This document shows positions 1 through 12,173 of a stretch of DNA of 55,753 nucleotides, piece by piece (the first letter of the stretch is position 1; every line of letters begins with the position of its first letter). Origin of the DNA: Bacillales bacterium. GTDB lineage: Bacteria; Bacillota; Bacilli; Bacillales; DSM-4216. The stretch is from positions 1 through 55,753 of the forward strand of contig JADBKC010000001.1 in assembly GCA_014896555.1 (NCBI GenBank), given 5' to 3'. The notes under the pieces are model-generated. The model worked only from the letters and a program-made list of their open reading frames with translations. It was not told the DNA's origin and did not search any database. Both the position numbers and the translations under genes were made by a program.

Positions 1-514
1 GATGTTTAACAAGTCCTTTTTTGTGAAAGAAGCGATATACCGTTTTGGCTTGTTTGGATGCCGCTTGAACAGAAGTCTGTTAAGGTTTTTTTCTTAATTT
101 TAATGAATGAGAGAAGCATCATTCCCGAAAAAATCAGCCTCGTCTATATTCTAATTAGTCATCTTTTGTCAAAATAAGCTATCTTTGAAGATCAAAGTCG
201 CTTTTTTCTTGAACGCTTTTCCATAAAGGTGTTGTTAGTTTATTGGTAGCCATCCATCAATAAAAGCTGTTCTCTTAAAATCGAGGATTTAACCGTGTTT
301 GAAACAACAATGACAGCAAATAGTCCGAGAAGGTTTAAATTCTGTCCCGAAAATCTTCTCGATTCTTTTGGATTAAAACGCTAAGGTGTGAAAAAATGGT
401 GCTCCTTGGTCGCCCCCAGTTCCTTTCATTATGAATAGTTCATTGCTAGATATGCTTTATCAGAATGATTGCATAATGTGAAAGTGATCCACAACGAAAA
501 TATATTCTATTATC

Positions 515-544
515 GTATAAAAATTGAGAGATAGGGTAAGAATG
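515..544 (+). promoter_or_regulatory. sigma-F promoter of csfB
   Basis: GTATA-N15-GGTAAGAATG fits the sigma-F consensus GYATA-N15-GGnrAnAnTw, directly upstream of the csfB RBS. Confidence 0.7.
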
Positions 545-558
545 ATAGGGAAAGGGAG

Positions 559-762
559 GTGGATGAATTGGAGAATCAGAGGGACGGCAGAGAGATTTGT
601 ATTATTTGTGAAAACCAAAAAACGACAGGCATTCATTTATTGGAATCTTTTATTTGCACGGATTGCGAAAAAAAGATGACTTCTATTGAAACGAAAAATT
701 CAGATTACTCCTACTATGTACAAAAACTAAAAAAAATAAAATTATCCAATGTCTATTCATAA
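559..762 (+). CDS. csfB: Anti-sigma-G factor CsfB/Gin
   Basis: 67 aa with CxxC...GIHL...ICxxCEK zinc motif and Y-x-YY-V-x-KL tail; GGGAGG just before the GTG; synteny upstream of yaaO-tmk. Confidence 0.9.
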   Translation: MDELENQRDGREICIICENQKTTGIHLLESFICTDCEKKMTSIETKNSDYSYYVQKLKKIKLSNVYS

Positions 763-1053
763 ATCTATATTTAAAAGGTTTCTTTTTGAAATGATGGGAA
801 TCGTTATGTTGTTATTTTCATTGAAAATGAGGAAAACAACATTCTGTTTACAAGCATTATGGATGGAAATTATTTTTGAGGCAGCATGTGTCCTTTCTTT
901 CATCAGCTAGTCCAATAGAATGGGACGGTCGATGAACCAGTTTTATATTTTAAGATGGATCATTTAAACATTTTGAAAACCCGTGATTTGTTTTTTGCAT
1001 GGGGTCTTTTTGTATAATGGTGAGTAGAAAACAAGAAAGGACAAAGAAACAAG

Positions 1054-2472
1054 ATGGAACAAGAAAAAATGCCTATCATGGATGCGTTAATCAAACATCA
1101 ACAGAAACAGCCTGTTTCTTTTCATGTACCAGGTCATAAAAATGGAGTAGTAATTGGAGAGATTCCAGACGACTTTCAGACAATTTTGGCTTATGATGCT
1201 ACGGAAATTACCGGTCTTGATGATTTTCATTCCCCAGAGGGAGCGATTCTAGAGGCTCAGACTCTGTTAACTAAACTATACGGTTCCAAGAAAAGTTATT
1301 TTTTAGTAAACGGAAGCACTGCTGGCAACCTTGCCATGATTGCCAGTTCTTTTCATCAAGAGGATATTGTATTCGTGCAAAGAAACTGCCATAAATCGAT
1401 CATCCACGGATTGATGCTGGCCAACGTTCACCCTGTTTTCTTGGAGCCGGAATATGATGAAAAAACAAAAAGCCCTGCAGGTGTTTCTTTGGATACATTG
1501 AAGCTTGCTTTGGAGCGGTTTCCAAATGCTAAAGGACTGATTCTTATCTATCCTAACTATTATGGCGTGTCTTACCCGATCAAGGAACTAATTGATTACG
1601 CCCATCAAAAGGATTGCATCGTATTGGTCGATGAAGCTCATGGTCCGCATTTCATTCTCGGCGGTTCATTTCCTCCATCTGCTTTAAAAATGGGGGCTGA
1701 TATTGTCGTACAATCTGCGCATAAAATGCTTCCTGCGATGACAATGGGTTCTTTTTTTCATATAGGTACAGAGAGGCCTTCGTTAGAAAAAGTGGAATTC
1801 AACTTATCGCTTTTTCAGTCGAGCAGCCCCTCTTATCCGATTATGGCTTCCTTAGATGCGGCAAGACAATATTTGGCTCTGATAGGGGAAGAAGATGTAG
1901 ACTTTACGTTGGATGAAAGAGAGCGTTTTAAGGAATGGCTTCAAAATGAGATGGACTTTCAAGTAGCGGTTTCTGAGTTTCCATATGATCCATTAAAGCT
2001 TATTGTGCGGAGTAAAAACAGTGATGGCTTTCAGCTGAAAAAGGATCTTGAAACAGCAGGTGTTTTTCCTGAACTGGCCGATCCTTATCAAGTTCTTTTT
2101 ACGCTGCCATTACTAAAGAAAGGGAATCGCACTTTTTATCAGCAAGCAAAAGAAGCGATCGCCAAAGTGAACATTACAGAACAAAGTGCTCGCTCTGTGG
2201 AGTTGCCGGCACGTTCCCATTCTAAAGTATCATCTGTTCCCGTTTCTTTCGATCATTGGAAGGAAAAAGAAAAGAGGTGGGTAAAGCTTTCCGAAGCAGA
2301 AGGGAGTATTTCTGCTGCCATGATTATCCCTTACCCGCCGGGCATTCCGCTCTTAATGATGGGAGAAAGAGTGACGAAGGAAAAAATCGATTTTCTTGCA
2401 GAATTAGCCGCAAGAGGTGCCCATATACAAGGAGATCACCAGCTGAACGAGGGATTGATCGCTGTTTATTAG
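1054..2472 (+). CDS. yaaO: Orn/Lys/Arg decarboxylase family PLP enzyme (YaaO)
   Basis: SFHVPGHK, VNGST, LVDEAHG, QSAHK (PLP lysine), PYPPGIP motifs; synteny before tmk. Confidence 0.9.
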   Translation: MEQEKMPIMDALIKHQQKQPVSFHVPGHKNGVVIGEIPDDFQTILAYDATEITGLDDFHSPEGAILEAQTLLTKLYGSKKSYFLVNGSTAGNLAMIASSFHQEDIVFVQRNCHKSIIHGLMLANVHPVFLEPEYDEKTKSPAGVSLDTLKLALERFPNAKGLILIYPNYYGVSYPIKELIDYAHQKDCIVLVDEAHGPHFILGGSFPPSALKMGADIVVQSAHKMLPAMTMGSFFHIGTERPSLEKVEFNLSLFQSSSPSYPIMASLDAARQYLALIGEEDVDFTLDERERFKEWLQNEMDFQVAVSEFPYDPLKLIVRSKNSDGFQLKKDLETAGVFPELADPYQVLFTLPLLKKGNRTFYQQAKEAIAKVNITEQSARSVELPARSHSKVSSVPVSFDHWKEKEKRWVKLSEAEGSISAAMIIPYPPGIPLLMMGERVTKEKIDFLAELAARGAHIQGDHQLNEGLIAVY

Positions 2473-2841
2473 TGCGAGAACACGGAGGCAGCGCCTTTTC
2501 TTATAGGAAAGCTAATTTCATTTACCTTAACGTCTGCTATTTTCTTAACGTGTGAAAACCAGTACAATAGAAAAGGCGATATCTATATTATTAAAAGCTT
2601 CGTCTACAAAATTAGATTTCCTGTAGAGAAGCTTTTTGTTTTTTGATAAATAAACACGACGAAGACTAATGGAAAAGCTTAATCCATTCAACTATAATAA
2701 TCATAATTTTGGAAATAAGATCATTCAATTTTAGTTGGATCAACTGGAAATAGAAACGAATGCGATTCCTTCCTGTTTTTCAGTTCAGTCAGGTATACTG
2801 AAGTTCGTGTATGGAGGCATAAGAATTCGGAGGTTCGAAAG

Positions 2842-3480
2842 ATGATAAAGAATGGTATGTTTATTACGGTGGAAGGTCCTGAAGGCGCTGGAAAGACAAC
2901 GATCGCCCAAAGGATCGTGGAACATTTAAAACGAGAAGGCTACCCGGTTATATACACAAGAGAGCCTGGAGGCATTTCGATTTCCGAGCAAATTCGACAT
3001 GTTCTTTTAAATAAACAAAATACGGCAATGGATGGCCGTACAGAAGCGCTTCTTTACGCGGCGGCTAGGCGTCAGCACTTAGTTGAGAAGGTAATTCCGG
3101 CTCTGGAAACGGGTACCATTGTACTGTGCGATCGATTTATTGATAGTTCCCTTGCCTATCAAGGGTATGCCAGAGGGCTTGGCATAGAGGAAGTATATAA
3201 AATCAATGAATTTGCCGTAAATGGTGCCATGCCTAATTTAACGCTATACTTCGACATTTCTCCTGAAATTGGTTTGAGTCGAATTCAACAGAACAAGGGG
3301 AGAGAAGTGAATCGGCTTGATCTTGAAACGCTTGATTTTCATCAAAGAGTGAGAAAAGGATATTGGCAATTGCTTGATCGTTTTCCAGAAAGAATGGTGA
3401 AAATTAATGCCGAACAGCCAATTGAATCAGTGTTTCAAGACAGCTGGAAAACGGTTTTGAAATGGATCCTCAATCGATGA
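2842..3480 (+). CDS. tmk: Thymidylate kinase
   Basis: [11 protein letters not shown]-loop, [19 protein letters not shown]. Confidence 0.97.
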   Translation: MIKNGMFITVEGPEGAGKTTIAQRIVEHLKREGYPVIYTREPGGISISEQIRHVLLNKQNTAMDGRTEALLYAAARRQHLVEKVIPALETGTIVLCDRFIDSSLAYQGYARGLGIEEVYKINEFAVNGAMPNLTLYFDISPEIGLSRIQQNKGREVNRLDLETLDFHQRVRKGYWQLLDRFPERMVKINAEQPIESVFQDSWKTVLKWILNR

Positions 3481-3523
3481 GAATTTCCCCACATTTTTCA
3501 AAAATTTTAGCGTTTCTTGTTTG

Positions 3524-3551
3524 TACTCAATACTCAATACTCAATACTCAA
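3524..3551. repeat. Tandem heptamer (TACTCAA)x4
   Basis: Four exact adjacent copies read directly from the sequence. Confidence 0.95.
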
Positions 3552-3759
3552 AAGTTCAATGGGAATGGAAAGGCGGCTGACATGGGTATGTTGGTCCCTT
3601 TCAGTCGTTCCAATACGGTTTGGTTTTCAAAGATTTTCTGCTTTTCCAGCAAGTGCACCCCTTTCTCTGCGTTTGTATCTTTTCTCTCTGTTCATTTATT
3701 CTACAAGCATGATCAATCTTGGTATAATAAAAGAAAATGCTTTTTAAAGAGGCCTCTTG

Positions 3760-3856
3760 ATGAAACTTGCTTTAGCTGTGAATATCGGAAAAGCAATCCA
3801 TGAATGAACGCTTTCCTAGAACATCATTTTCAGTGGATGAGTTTCATCAATTTGAA
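3760..3856 (+). pseudogene. darA: Internally deleted relic of c-di-AMP receptor DarA/PstA (yaaQ)
   Basis: At the darA slot between tmk and yaaR. ATG 3760 reads MKLALAV (DarA starts MKLIxAV) and 3830-3853 reads SVDEFHQF (DarA ends PVDEFHQF). The two pieces are in different frames and only ~50 bp apart. Confidence 0.75.
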
Positions 3857-3871
3857 CGGAGGTTATACGTG

Positions 3872-4312
3872 ATGAAAATAAACCAAGATCTTCGCATTGG
3901 AGCAGAAAATTTTCGAGGAGACATAAAGAGAACACCAGCTGTTCATGGCCAGTTTTCAAATCTGGTACAACAATATGATCAAAAACTAAAAGACGAGCAG
4001 CTCAAGCAGCTTATGGCCAATATTGATGAAGCTGGAGAACGCTTGGCTAAATCTCGAAATCTACAAGATTTAGTAAAATATAAAACGTTAATTAAAAAAT
4101 TTATAAAAGAAACGGTCGATTATGGGATGGAGTTGAACAGTTCCCATTCCTGGAACTTATACGGCGAAGGCAGGCAGCTGAAAGTGGTCAAGACGATTGA
4201 TGAAAAATTAATGGAATTGGCAGAAGATCTAGTGAATAAAGAACAGATGACGATTGATATTTTGGGCAAAATAGGGGAGATTAAAGGGCTGCTTGTCAAT
4301 TTATATGTGTAG
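3872..4312 (+). CDS. yaaR: YaaR family protein (DUF327)
   Basis: MKINQD start after CGGAGG RBS; LGKIGEIKGLLVNLY C-terminus; synteny before holB. The upstream ORF-track extension is the darA relic. Confidence 0.88.
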   Translation: MKINQDLRIGAENFRGDIKRTPAVHGQFSNLVQQYDQKLKDEQLKQLMANIDEAGERLAKSRNLQDLVKYKTLIKKFIKETVDYGMELNSSHSWNLYGEGRQLKVVKTIDEKLMELAEDLVNKEQMTIDILGKIGEIKGLLVNLYV

Positions 4313-4325
4313 GAAGGGATTTGTG

Positions 4326-5339
4326 TTGTTGAAAAATTGGGACGAGTGGAAAAACATACAGCTGCAGGCAGCTCATATGCTGCACAATAGTTTGAAAAAA
4401 GAGCGCATAGCCCACGCTTACCTTTTTGAAGGAGAAAAAGGGACTGGCAAAAAACAAGCTGCTCTATTTTTGGCTAAAAGCCTATTATGCGAACATCTTC
4501 TTCCTGACTATACGCCTTGCGGACAATGCAGCCATTGCCGCAGAATTGAAAATGGCAATCATCCTGATCTTCATTTGATTGAAATAGAAACGGACAGTTT
4601 ATCGATTAAGAAACAGCAAATCGAAGCGCTGCAAAGGGAATTTGCCAAAACGACGGTAGAATCAAAATGCAAGATCTATATAATCGAACATGCCGATCGA
4701 ATGACGATTAAAGCGGCGAATAGCTTATTGAAGTTCTTGGAAGAACCTCATCCAGGGACGATTGCCATTTTGTTGACCGAACAGTACCATCGAGTACTTC
4801 CAACCATTATATCCCGCTGTCAAACAATTACGTTTAAACCGCTGCCGGTTGGCTATCTTGAAAATAGGCTGAGGGAAGAGCAGATAGGGACCAATATGGC
4901 TGCTTTAGCTGCTCGCCTTACGAATAATCTCCAAGATGCGCTTGAGTTAAGCAAAGATGAGTGGTTTGCACAAGCGCGCAAAATAGTGTTAAAATTATAT
5001 GAAGCTCTAAACAAACAACCTCTAGAAGCTATGATCACACTTCAAGAAGAGTTTCACCAACATTTTAAAGATAAACAGCAGATAGATAGAGCGTTGGATT
5101 TATTGCTCCTTATATATAGAGATTTATTATCCATCCAAACAGGCAAAAGTGATCATTTAGCCTATCCTGATCAACGTGTACATTTTGAAAGCAGGTCCCT
5201 TCAACTATCGATCAAGCGTCTTGCGGAATGCATGTCAGCCATTTTTGAGGCGAAGCGCAAGCTGCAAGCAAATATGAATACCCAGCTATTAATGGAACAG
5301 CTTGTGCTAAAATTACAGGGAGGGGTCGCCTTTGTATGA
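4326..5339 (+). CDS. holB: DNA polymerase III delta' subunit
   Basis: HAYLFEG..GTGKK, Cys cluster, AANSLLKFLEEP, TIISRCQ; TTG start inferred from the AGGAAGGGA RBS. Confidence 0.95.
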   Translation: MLKNWDEWKNIQLQAAHMLHNSLKKERIAHAYLFEGEKGTGKKQAALFLAKSLLCEHLLPDYTPCGQCSHCRRIENGNHPDLHLIEIETDSLSIKKQQIEALQREFAKTTVESKCKIYIIEHADRMTIKAANSLLKFLEEPHPGTIAILLTEQYHRVLPTIISRCQTITFKPLPVGYLENRLREEQIGTNMAALAARLTNNLQDALELSKDEWFAQARKIVLKLYEALNKQPLEAMITLQEEFHQHFKDKQQIDRALDLLLLIYRDLLSIQTGKSDHLAYPDQRVHFESRSLQLSIKRLAECMSAIFEAKRKLQANMNTQLLMEQLVLKLQGGVAFV

Positions 5340-6144
5340 TGTAGTAGGTGTCCGATTTAAAAAAGCGGGCAAAATCTATTATTTTGATCCGGGCGATTTT
5401 TCGATTGAAAAAGGAGACCCGGTTATTGTAGAGACGGTAAGAGGGATCGAATATGGCCATGTGGTAGTAGGTCGCAAAACGGTGGATGAAAATGACGTTG
5501 TATTGCCATTAAAAAAAGTCATTCGGCCGGCAGATGAAAAAGATCATCGTATTGTGGAAGAAAATATAAAAGCTGCCCGGGAAGCGTATCATATTTGTAA
5601 TGAAAAAATTACGAACCATCAGCTGGAAATGAAGCTGGTAGATGTAGAATATACGTTTGACCGCAATAAAGTGATTTTTTATTTTACGGCTGATGGCAGA
5701 GTGGACTTTCGCGAACTAGTGAAAGACTTGGCAGCGGTTTTTCGGACGAGAATCGAACTTCGGCAAATTGGGGTTCGGGACGAAGCCAAGATGCTGGGCG
5801 GAATCGGACCTTGTGGAAGAATGCTTTGCTGTTCCACGTTTTTAGGTGATTTTGAACCGGTGTCCATTAAAATGGCAAAAGATCAAAATCTTTCTTTAAA
5901 TCCAACAAAAATTTCTGGTTTGTGCGGTCGGTTGATGTGCTGTTTAAAATATGAAAATGATGAGTACGAAACAGCGAAAGAAGAACTCCCTGACTTGGGG
6001 GAAATCATTAAGACACCGCGTGGAGTCGGCAAAGTAGTGGGACTGAATATTTTGGAACGGGTGCTTCAAGTAGAGCTGGCTGAACACGATCGAGTGTTGG
6101 AGTTTACTTTAGAAGAAATTTTTAATGAAGGTGCCTTTTCATAG
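5332..6144 (+). CDS. yaaT: PSP1-domain protein YaaT/RicT
   Basis: [39 protein letters not shown]. Confidence 0.95.
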   Translation: MYDVVGVRFKKAGKIYYFDPGDFSIEKGDPVIVETVRGIEYGHVVVGRKTVDENDVVLPLKKVIRPADEKDHRIVEENIKAAREAYHICNEKITNHQLEMKLVDVEYTFDRNKVIFYFTADGRVDFRELVKDLAAVFRTRIELRQIGVRDEAKMLGGIGPCGRMLCCSTFLGDFEPVSIKMAKDQNLSLNPTKISGLCGRLMCCLKYENDEYETAKEELPDLGEIIKTPRGVGKVVGLNILERVLQVELAEHDRVLEFTLEEIFNEGAFS

Positions 6145-6164
6145 CAAGCCACAGAGTAATTGAG

Positions 6165-6533
6165 GTGGAACCAGTGAATAAAAAAGAGTTCTTTGATTCA
6201 GTCAGCCATATGGAAATTCAAATCGGAAATTTATATCAACAACTAGGGGAATTGAAACAAAAACTTGCAGAGTTATTGGAGGAAAACAATTCCCTTAAAC
6301 TAGAAAATCAACATTTGCGCCGGAGACTGGAGCAAATGGAGAACTCTGGTAGAAAAGGCACTTCGTATGAAAAAAACAGCCGTTTTTCGCCCAAAACAAT
6401 CGATATCGGAGAAGGGTACGATAACCTTGCCCGACTTTACCATGAAGGTTTTCATATTTGCAACGTCCACTTTGGAAGCCCCCGTCAAAATGAAGATTGT
6501 TTATTTTGTTTATCCTTTTTAAATAAAAAATAA
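6165..6533 (+). CDS. yabA: DNA replication initiation control protein YabA
   Basis: N-terminal coiled coil, [17 protein letters not shown]..., CLFC zinc site. Confidence 0.95.
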   Translation: MEPVNKKEFFDSVSHMEIQIGNLYQQLGELKQKLAELLEENNSLKLENQHLRRRLEQMENSGRKGTSYEKNSRFSPKTIDIGEGYDNLARLYHEGFHICNVHFGSPRQNEDCLFCLSFLNKK

Positions 6534-6863
6534 ATCGAAGCTTCCGTCGGCGCATTGAACGATGCCTTTTTAAAAAAGATTTTTTATGTCCATTCCTCAA
6601 TATGAATGTCAATTTTGAATTTTGCATAGCGAGCGGTATTGATGCTAACGAGTTTTTACCAAATAAAATAAGAGATACTTTTTTAGATTTTAACGGTCAG
6701 TGATCCAACTAATCTTCATTTAAGAGTAGGAAATATCCCGTTAAAATAAGACATTAGAACGGCATTCAACTGGTGCTGTTTTCTTTTTTGTAGATTGGCG
6801 TGTGTGGCCTTTTGTTTGGAATATGAGTCTTTTTGACATACTACTGGAAGCGGAGGTTTTTAA

Positions 6864-7607
6864 TTGATGCTAAAAGAGGACGAACGCTTGGATTTTTTGC
6901 TTGCTGAGGATATGCGGATCATCCAGAGTCCAAGTGTGTTTGCCTTTTCCCTTGATGCGGTGCTGCTTGCCCGCTTCGTATATGTTCCCATTCAAAAAGG
7001 AAGTTTAGTTGATTTATGTTCGGGAAATGGAGTCGTTCCTTTGTTGTTGAGCAAGAGAACGAAAGGAACAATCGTCGGTGTCGAAATTCAAGAAAAGCTG
7101 TACGACATGGCGGTGCGAAGCGTTGAATATAACCACTTAGAACATCAAATTCGAATGATTCACGGCGATTTAAAAGATGTTCCACGGTTGCTTGGATATG
7201 AAAAACACGACGTTGTCACTTGCAATCCTCCCTATTTTTCAACTCCTCCTTCTGGGGAAATGAACCTCAATGAACATTTCGCTATTGCCCGCCATGAAAT
7301 TATGTGCACACTTGATGACTGCGTGAAAGCGAGCAGCGAGCTTTTGAAACAAGGAGGAAAAGCAGCTTTTGTCCATCGGCCAGAAAGGCTGCTCGATTTG
7401 GTGACAACTATGCGCAAGTATCGATTGGAGCCAAAACGGCTGCAATTTGTTTATCCTAAACCAGGAAAAGATGCAAATACCATTTTGCTTGAGGCGATTA
7501 AGGATGGAAAGCCTGGGCTGAAGATTTTGCCGCCTTTGACGGTTTATCACGAATATAATGAATATACAGAAGAAGTTAGGAAGATTTTATATGGCGAGAG
7601 CAAATGA
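6864..7607 (+). CDS. yabB: tRNA1(Val) adenine-37 N6-methyltransferase (YabB/TrmN6)
   Basis: DLCSGNG SAM motif, NPPYF, ARHEI; synteny. Confidence 0.92.
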   Translation: MMLKEDERLDFLLAEDMRIIQSPSVFAFSLDAVLLARFVYVPIQKGSLVDLCSGNGVVPLLLSKRTKGTIVGVEIQEKLYDMAVRSVEYNHLEHQIRMIHGDLKDVPRLLGYEKHDVVTCNPPYFSTPPSGEMNLNEHFAIARHEIMCTLDDCVKASSELLKQGGKAAFVHRPERLLDLVTTMRKYRLEPKRLQFVYPKPGKDANTILLEAIKDGKPGLKILPPLTVYHEYNEYTEEVRKILYGESK

Positions 7608-7863
7608 ACACTATTTTTATGTTTTAAAATGCAGCGATGGTTCGTTTTACGGCGGGTATACAACAGATGTTCAAAGAAGAGTTCGCCAGCACAATGACGG
7701 AAAAGGGGCAAAATATACGAGAAGCAGAGGCCCAGTAAAGCTTATATATATGGAGGGTTATGAAACAAAAGGAGAAGCGCTGAGGGCGGAACATCGTTTT
7801 AAGATGCTGACGAGAAAACAAAAGGAAAAGTTTTTGGGGTGGGCAGGTGATCGAGATGATTAA
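7591..7863 (+). CDS. yazA: GIY-YIG nuclease family protein (UPF0213, YazA)
   Basis: [17 protein letters not shown]...[11 protein letters not shown]; start at MARANEHY inferred. Confidence 0.9.
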   Translation: MARANEHYFYVLKCSDGSFYGGYTTDVQRRVRQHNDGKGAKYTRSRGPVKLIYMEGYETKGEALRAEHRFKMLTRKQKEKFLGWAGDRDD

Positions 7864-8734
7864 TAAACAACGTAGCTACGTGGAGCAAGAGAATCGGGGA
7901 ATACTTTATTTGGTGCCGACACCAATCGGCAATCTGGAAGACATTACGTTTCGTGCGCTTCGCGTTTTAAAAGAAAGCAGTGTCATTGCTGCCGAAGATA
8001 CAAGGAATACAAGAAAACTATGTCATTATTATGACATCCACACTCCTCTTATTAGTTATCATGAACATAATAAAGAGACGAGCGGACGTCAGATTATAGA
8101 ACGGTTAAAACAGGGAGGGCAAGTTGCATTAGTGAGCGATGCCGGCATGCCGACAATATCAGATCCGGGGTATGAACTAGTAAGAGCTGCAGTCGACGAA
8201 AAGATTCCTGTAGTGCCGCTGCCTGGCGCCAATGCCGCTCTTACCGCGCTAATTGCTTCAGGGCTTCCGACACAGCCGTTTTATTTTTTTGGGTTTTTGA
8301 GCCGTCAAAAAAAAGAAAAAAAAGAAGAGTTGACCAGGTTAAAAACTATCACTGATACGATTATTTTGTATGAATCTCCTCATCGGCTGAAAGAAACGTT
8401 GGAATACATGCTTGACATTCTTGGCAACCGCCCCATTACATTATGCAGAGAGTTGACCAAAAAATTTGAAGAATTTTTGCGTGGAGATATAAAAGAAGCG
8501 TTAAAGTGGGCAGAAAATGAAAAAGTCATAGGAGAGTTTTGTCTTATTATAGAAGGGGCAAAAGAGCAAAATGTTGAAATAGGGGAAAGATGGTGGGAGT
8601 CGTTGTCGATTGTGGATCACGTGAATTTTTACATTGATGCAAAACAAATGGATGCAAAAGAAGCGGTGAAACAAACGGCAAAAGACAGAAATTTGCCGAA
8701 GCGGGAAGTGTACCAGATTTATCATACTACATAA
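7856..8734 (+). CDS. rsmI: 16S rRNA C1402 2'-O-methyltransferase
   Basis: [48 protein letters not shown]. Confidence 0.96.
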   Translation: MINKQRSYVEQENRGILYLVPTPIGNLEDITFRALRVLKESSVIAAEDTRNTRKLCHYYDIHTPLISYHEHNKETSGRQIIERLKQGGQVALVSDAGMPTISDPGYELVRAAVDEKIPVVPLPGANAALTALIASGLPTQPFYFFGFLSRQKKEKKEELTRLKTITDTIILYESPHRLKETLEYMLDILGNRPITLCRELTKKFEEFLRGDIKEALKWAENEKVIGEFCLIIEGAKEQNVEIGERWWESLSIVDHVNFYIDAKQMDAKEAVKQTAKDRNLPKREVYQIYHTT

Positions 8735-8750
8735 TAGAAGCGAATCAGCT

Positions 8751-8797
8751 AAAAGGAGGCTATATTGGCATATTCCCAGTGCCGATACAGCCTCTTT
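8751..8797. terminator. Hairpin between convergent rsmI and abrB, probable bidirectional terminator
   Basis: AAAAGGAGGCTATATTGGCA...TGCCGATACAGCCTCTTT imperfect inverted repeat. Confidence 0.6.
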
Positions 8798-8815
8798 GCA
8801 ATTTTCTAATGAAAA

Positions 8816-9109
8816 TTATTTATTCGTTGCGGATAGGTGAAAAGCTTCTTCTATTTCTTTTAACAACAATTCGGCGCCTTCACGGCTTAAAATTAATTTT
8901 CCACCTGCCAATTTTACGTTATCATCAGAAACTTCTCCAGTGATTTGGCAGGTCATGCTAGGTTTATATTTTTTTAGAATAATCTTATCATCATCTACAT
9001 AAATTTCCAAAGCGTCTTTTTCAGCAATGCCTAACGTACGACGAAGCTCTATAGGAATAACTACGCGGCCTAGTTCATCAACTTTACGAACAATGCCAGT
9101 TGATTTCAT
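8816..9109 (-). CDS. abrB: Transition-state regulator AbrB
   Basis: MKSTGIVRKVDELGRVVIPIELRRTL; divergent from metG as in B. subtilis. Confidence 0.97.
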   Translation of the reverse strand: MKSTGIVRKVDELGRVVIPIELRRTLGIAEKDALEIYVDDDKIILKKYKPSMTCQITGEVSDDNVKLAGGKLILSREGAELLLKEIEEAFHLSATNK

Positions 9110-9153
9110 TTGTAAATTCTCCTCTCATTTTGTTCTCTATGTTTTCTCTCTTA

Positions 9154-9170
9154 TTCGTCAAATTTCGACA
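9154..9170 (-). promoter_or_regulatory. Tandem Spo0A boxes repressing abrB
   Basis: Minus strand TGTCGAA-ATT-TGACGAA, two 0A boxes 3 bp apart downstream of the abrB promoter. Confidence 0.88.
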
Positions 9171-9189
9171 AAATTTGTTTTATGTTTTA

Positions 9190-9218
9190 ATAATACCAAT
9201 GTTACCAAAAGTAGTCAA
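9190..9218 (-). promoter_or_regulatory. sigma-A promoter of abrB
   Basis: Minus strand TTGACT-N17-TATTAT with TG extension. Confidence 0.7.
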
Positions 9219-9483
9219 CAAGAAAAATGAAATTTTTCTAATAAATGTAAGACTTCTAGTAACTACTATCATTTGTCAATAAAAGGGAGTTGGTATATTC
9301 TATTTTACATAAAAAGTAAGAATTTTTAAAATCATGGGACGGAATGATGGAAAACTTTTGTCCCTTTGTATTTACATAAAGGAAAGAATACGAGAAAATA
9401 AAAAAGGATTCGATTATTTGCAGAAGCTCATCAGATTATGTATATTTTGGTGTTATAAGAGGAAATGATGTAGCAAATGGGCC

Positions 9484-11706
<2,223 letters not shown>

Positions 11707-11713
11707 TAAAATT

Positions 11714-11775
11714 AAGAAACATAGAATGTTTCACGTGAAACAATATTCGACGGAAACTTCTATGTTTCTTTTTTC
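11714..11775 (+). terminator. metG intrinsic terminator
   Basis: Perfect 13-bp arms AAGAAACATAGAA (11714-11726) / TTCTATGTTTCTT (11758-11770) followed by T run. Confidence 0.75.
11727..11742. promoter_or_regulatory. parS: parS centromere-like site (Spo0J/ParB binding)
   Basis: Perfect palindrome TGTTTCACGTGAAACA matching the parS consensus; B. subtilis has an origin-proximal parS at metS. Confidence 0.93.
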
Positions 11776-11889
11776 TTAGACGTCAAAGCCATCTATTGAC
11801 AACGAAAAATCAACTGTTCAATATGTATAGCCAATATTCCTGGTTTTAATCATTTTCTTTTTCGAATAACAGCCGATCAAAGGAGTAGA

Positions 11890-12090
11890 ATGGTTTACAT
11901 GTTAAAATCAGGATGGGAATCAAAAAGTATGCATGATATTTTGATGACAAATAGACCACTATTGTCATCACTTTGTAATATGGATGGAAGAAAGGGAAAG
12001 AATGGACAAGGATTACAAGACACATCATTCCCTCTATGATGGCAAGCTATTCTAGACGTTTTGCATGAATGGGAAACAAGATACATTTAA
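11890..12090 (+). pseudogene. Probable degraded HxlR-family winged-helix regulator
   Basis: Frame-broken fragments DIL/DK*TTIVI/MDGRK resemble the HxlR N-terminal DILGGKWT.LII..L.DG.KR. QAILDVLHEWETRYI* resembles the C-terminal PIL..L.EWG..Y. AGGAG precedes ATG 11890. Confidence 0.45.
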
Positions 12091-12173
12091 GAATTTGCCT
12101 TATAAGAATTTGTAATCTATTTGACATGTCTTTTTTGAAAAGAAACAACGTAGAGTAAAGGAGAGAGAAAAAG

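Noticed and set aside
1-22. IS1595-like inverted-repeat end at the window start (TTTAACAAGTCC)
   Set aside because: More simply the right arm and T-run of a terminator cut by the window edge; no partner end found
3800-3871. N-terminal extension of YaaR in the ORF track
   Set aside because: It is the darA C-terminal relic read through a lost stop; the RBS supports a start at 3869/3872
7591-7863. GIY-YIG ORF as a homing endonuclease or mobile intron
   Set aside because: It is the conserved stand-alone YazA/UPF0213 gene in its normal position
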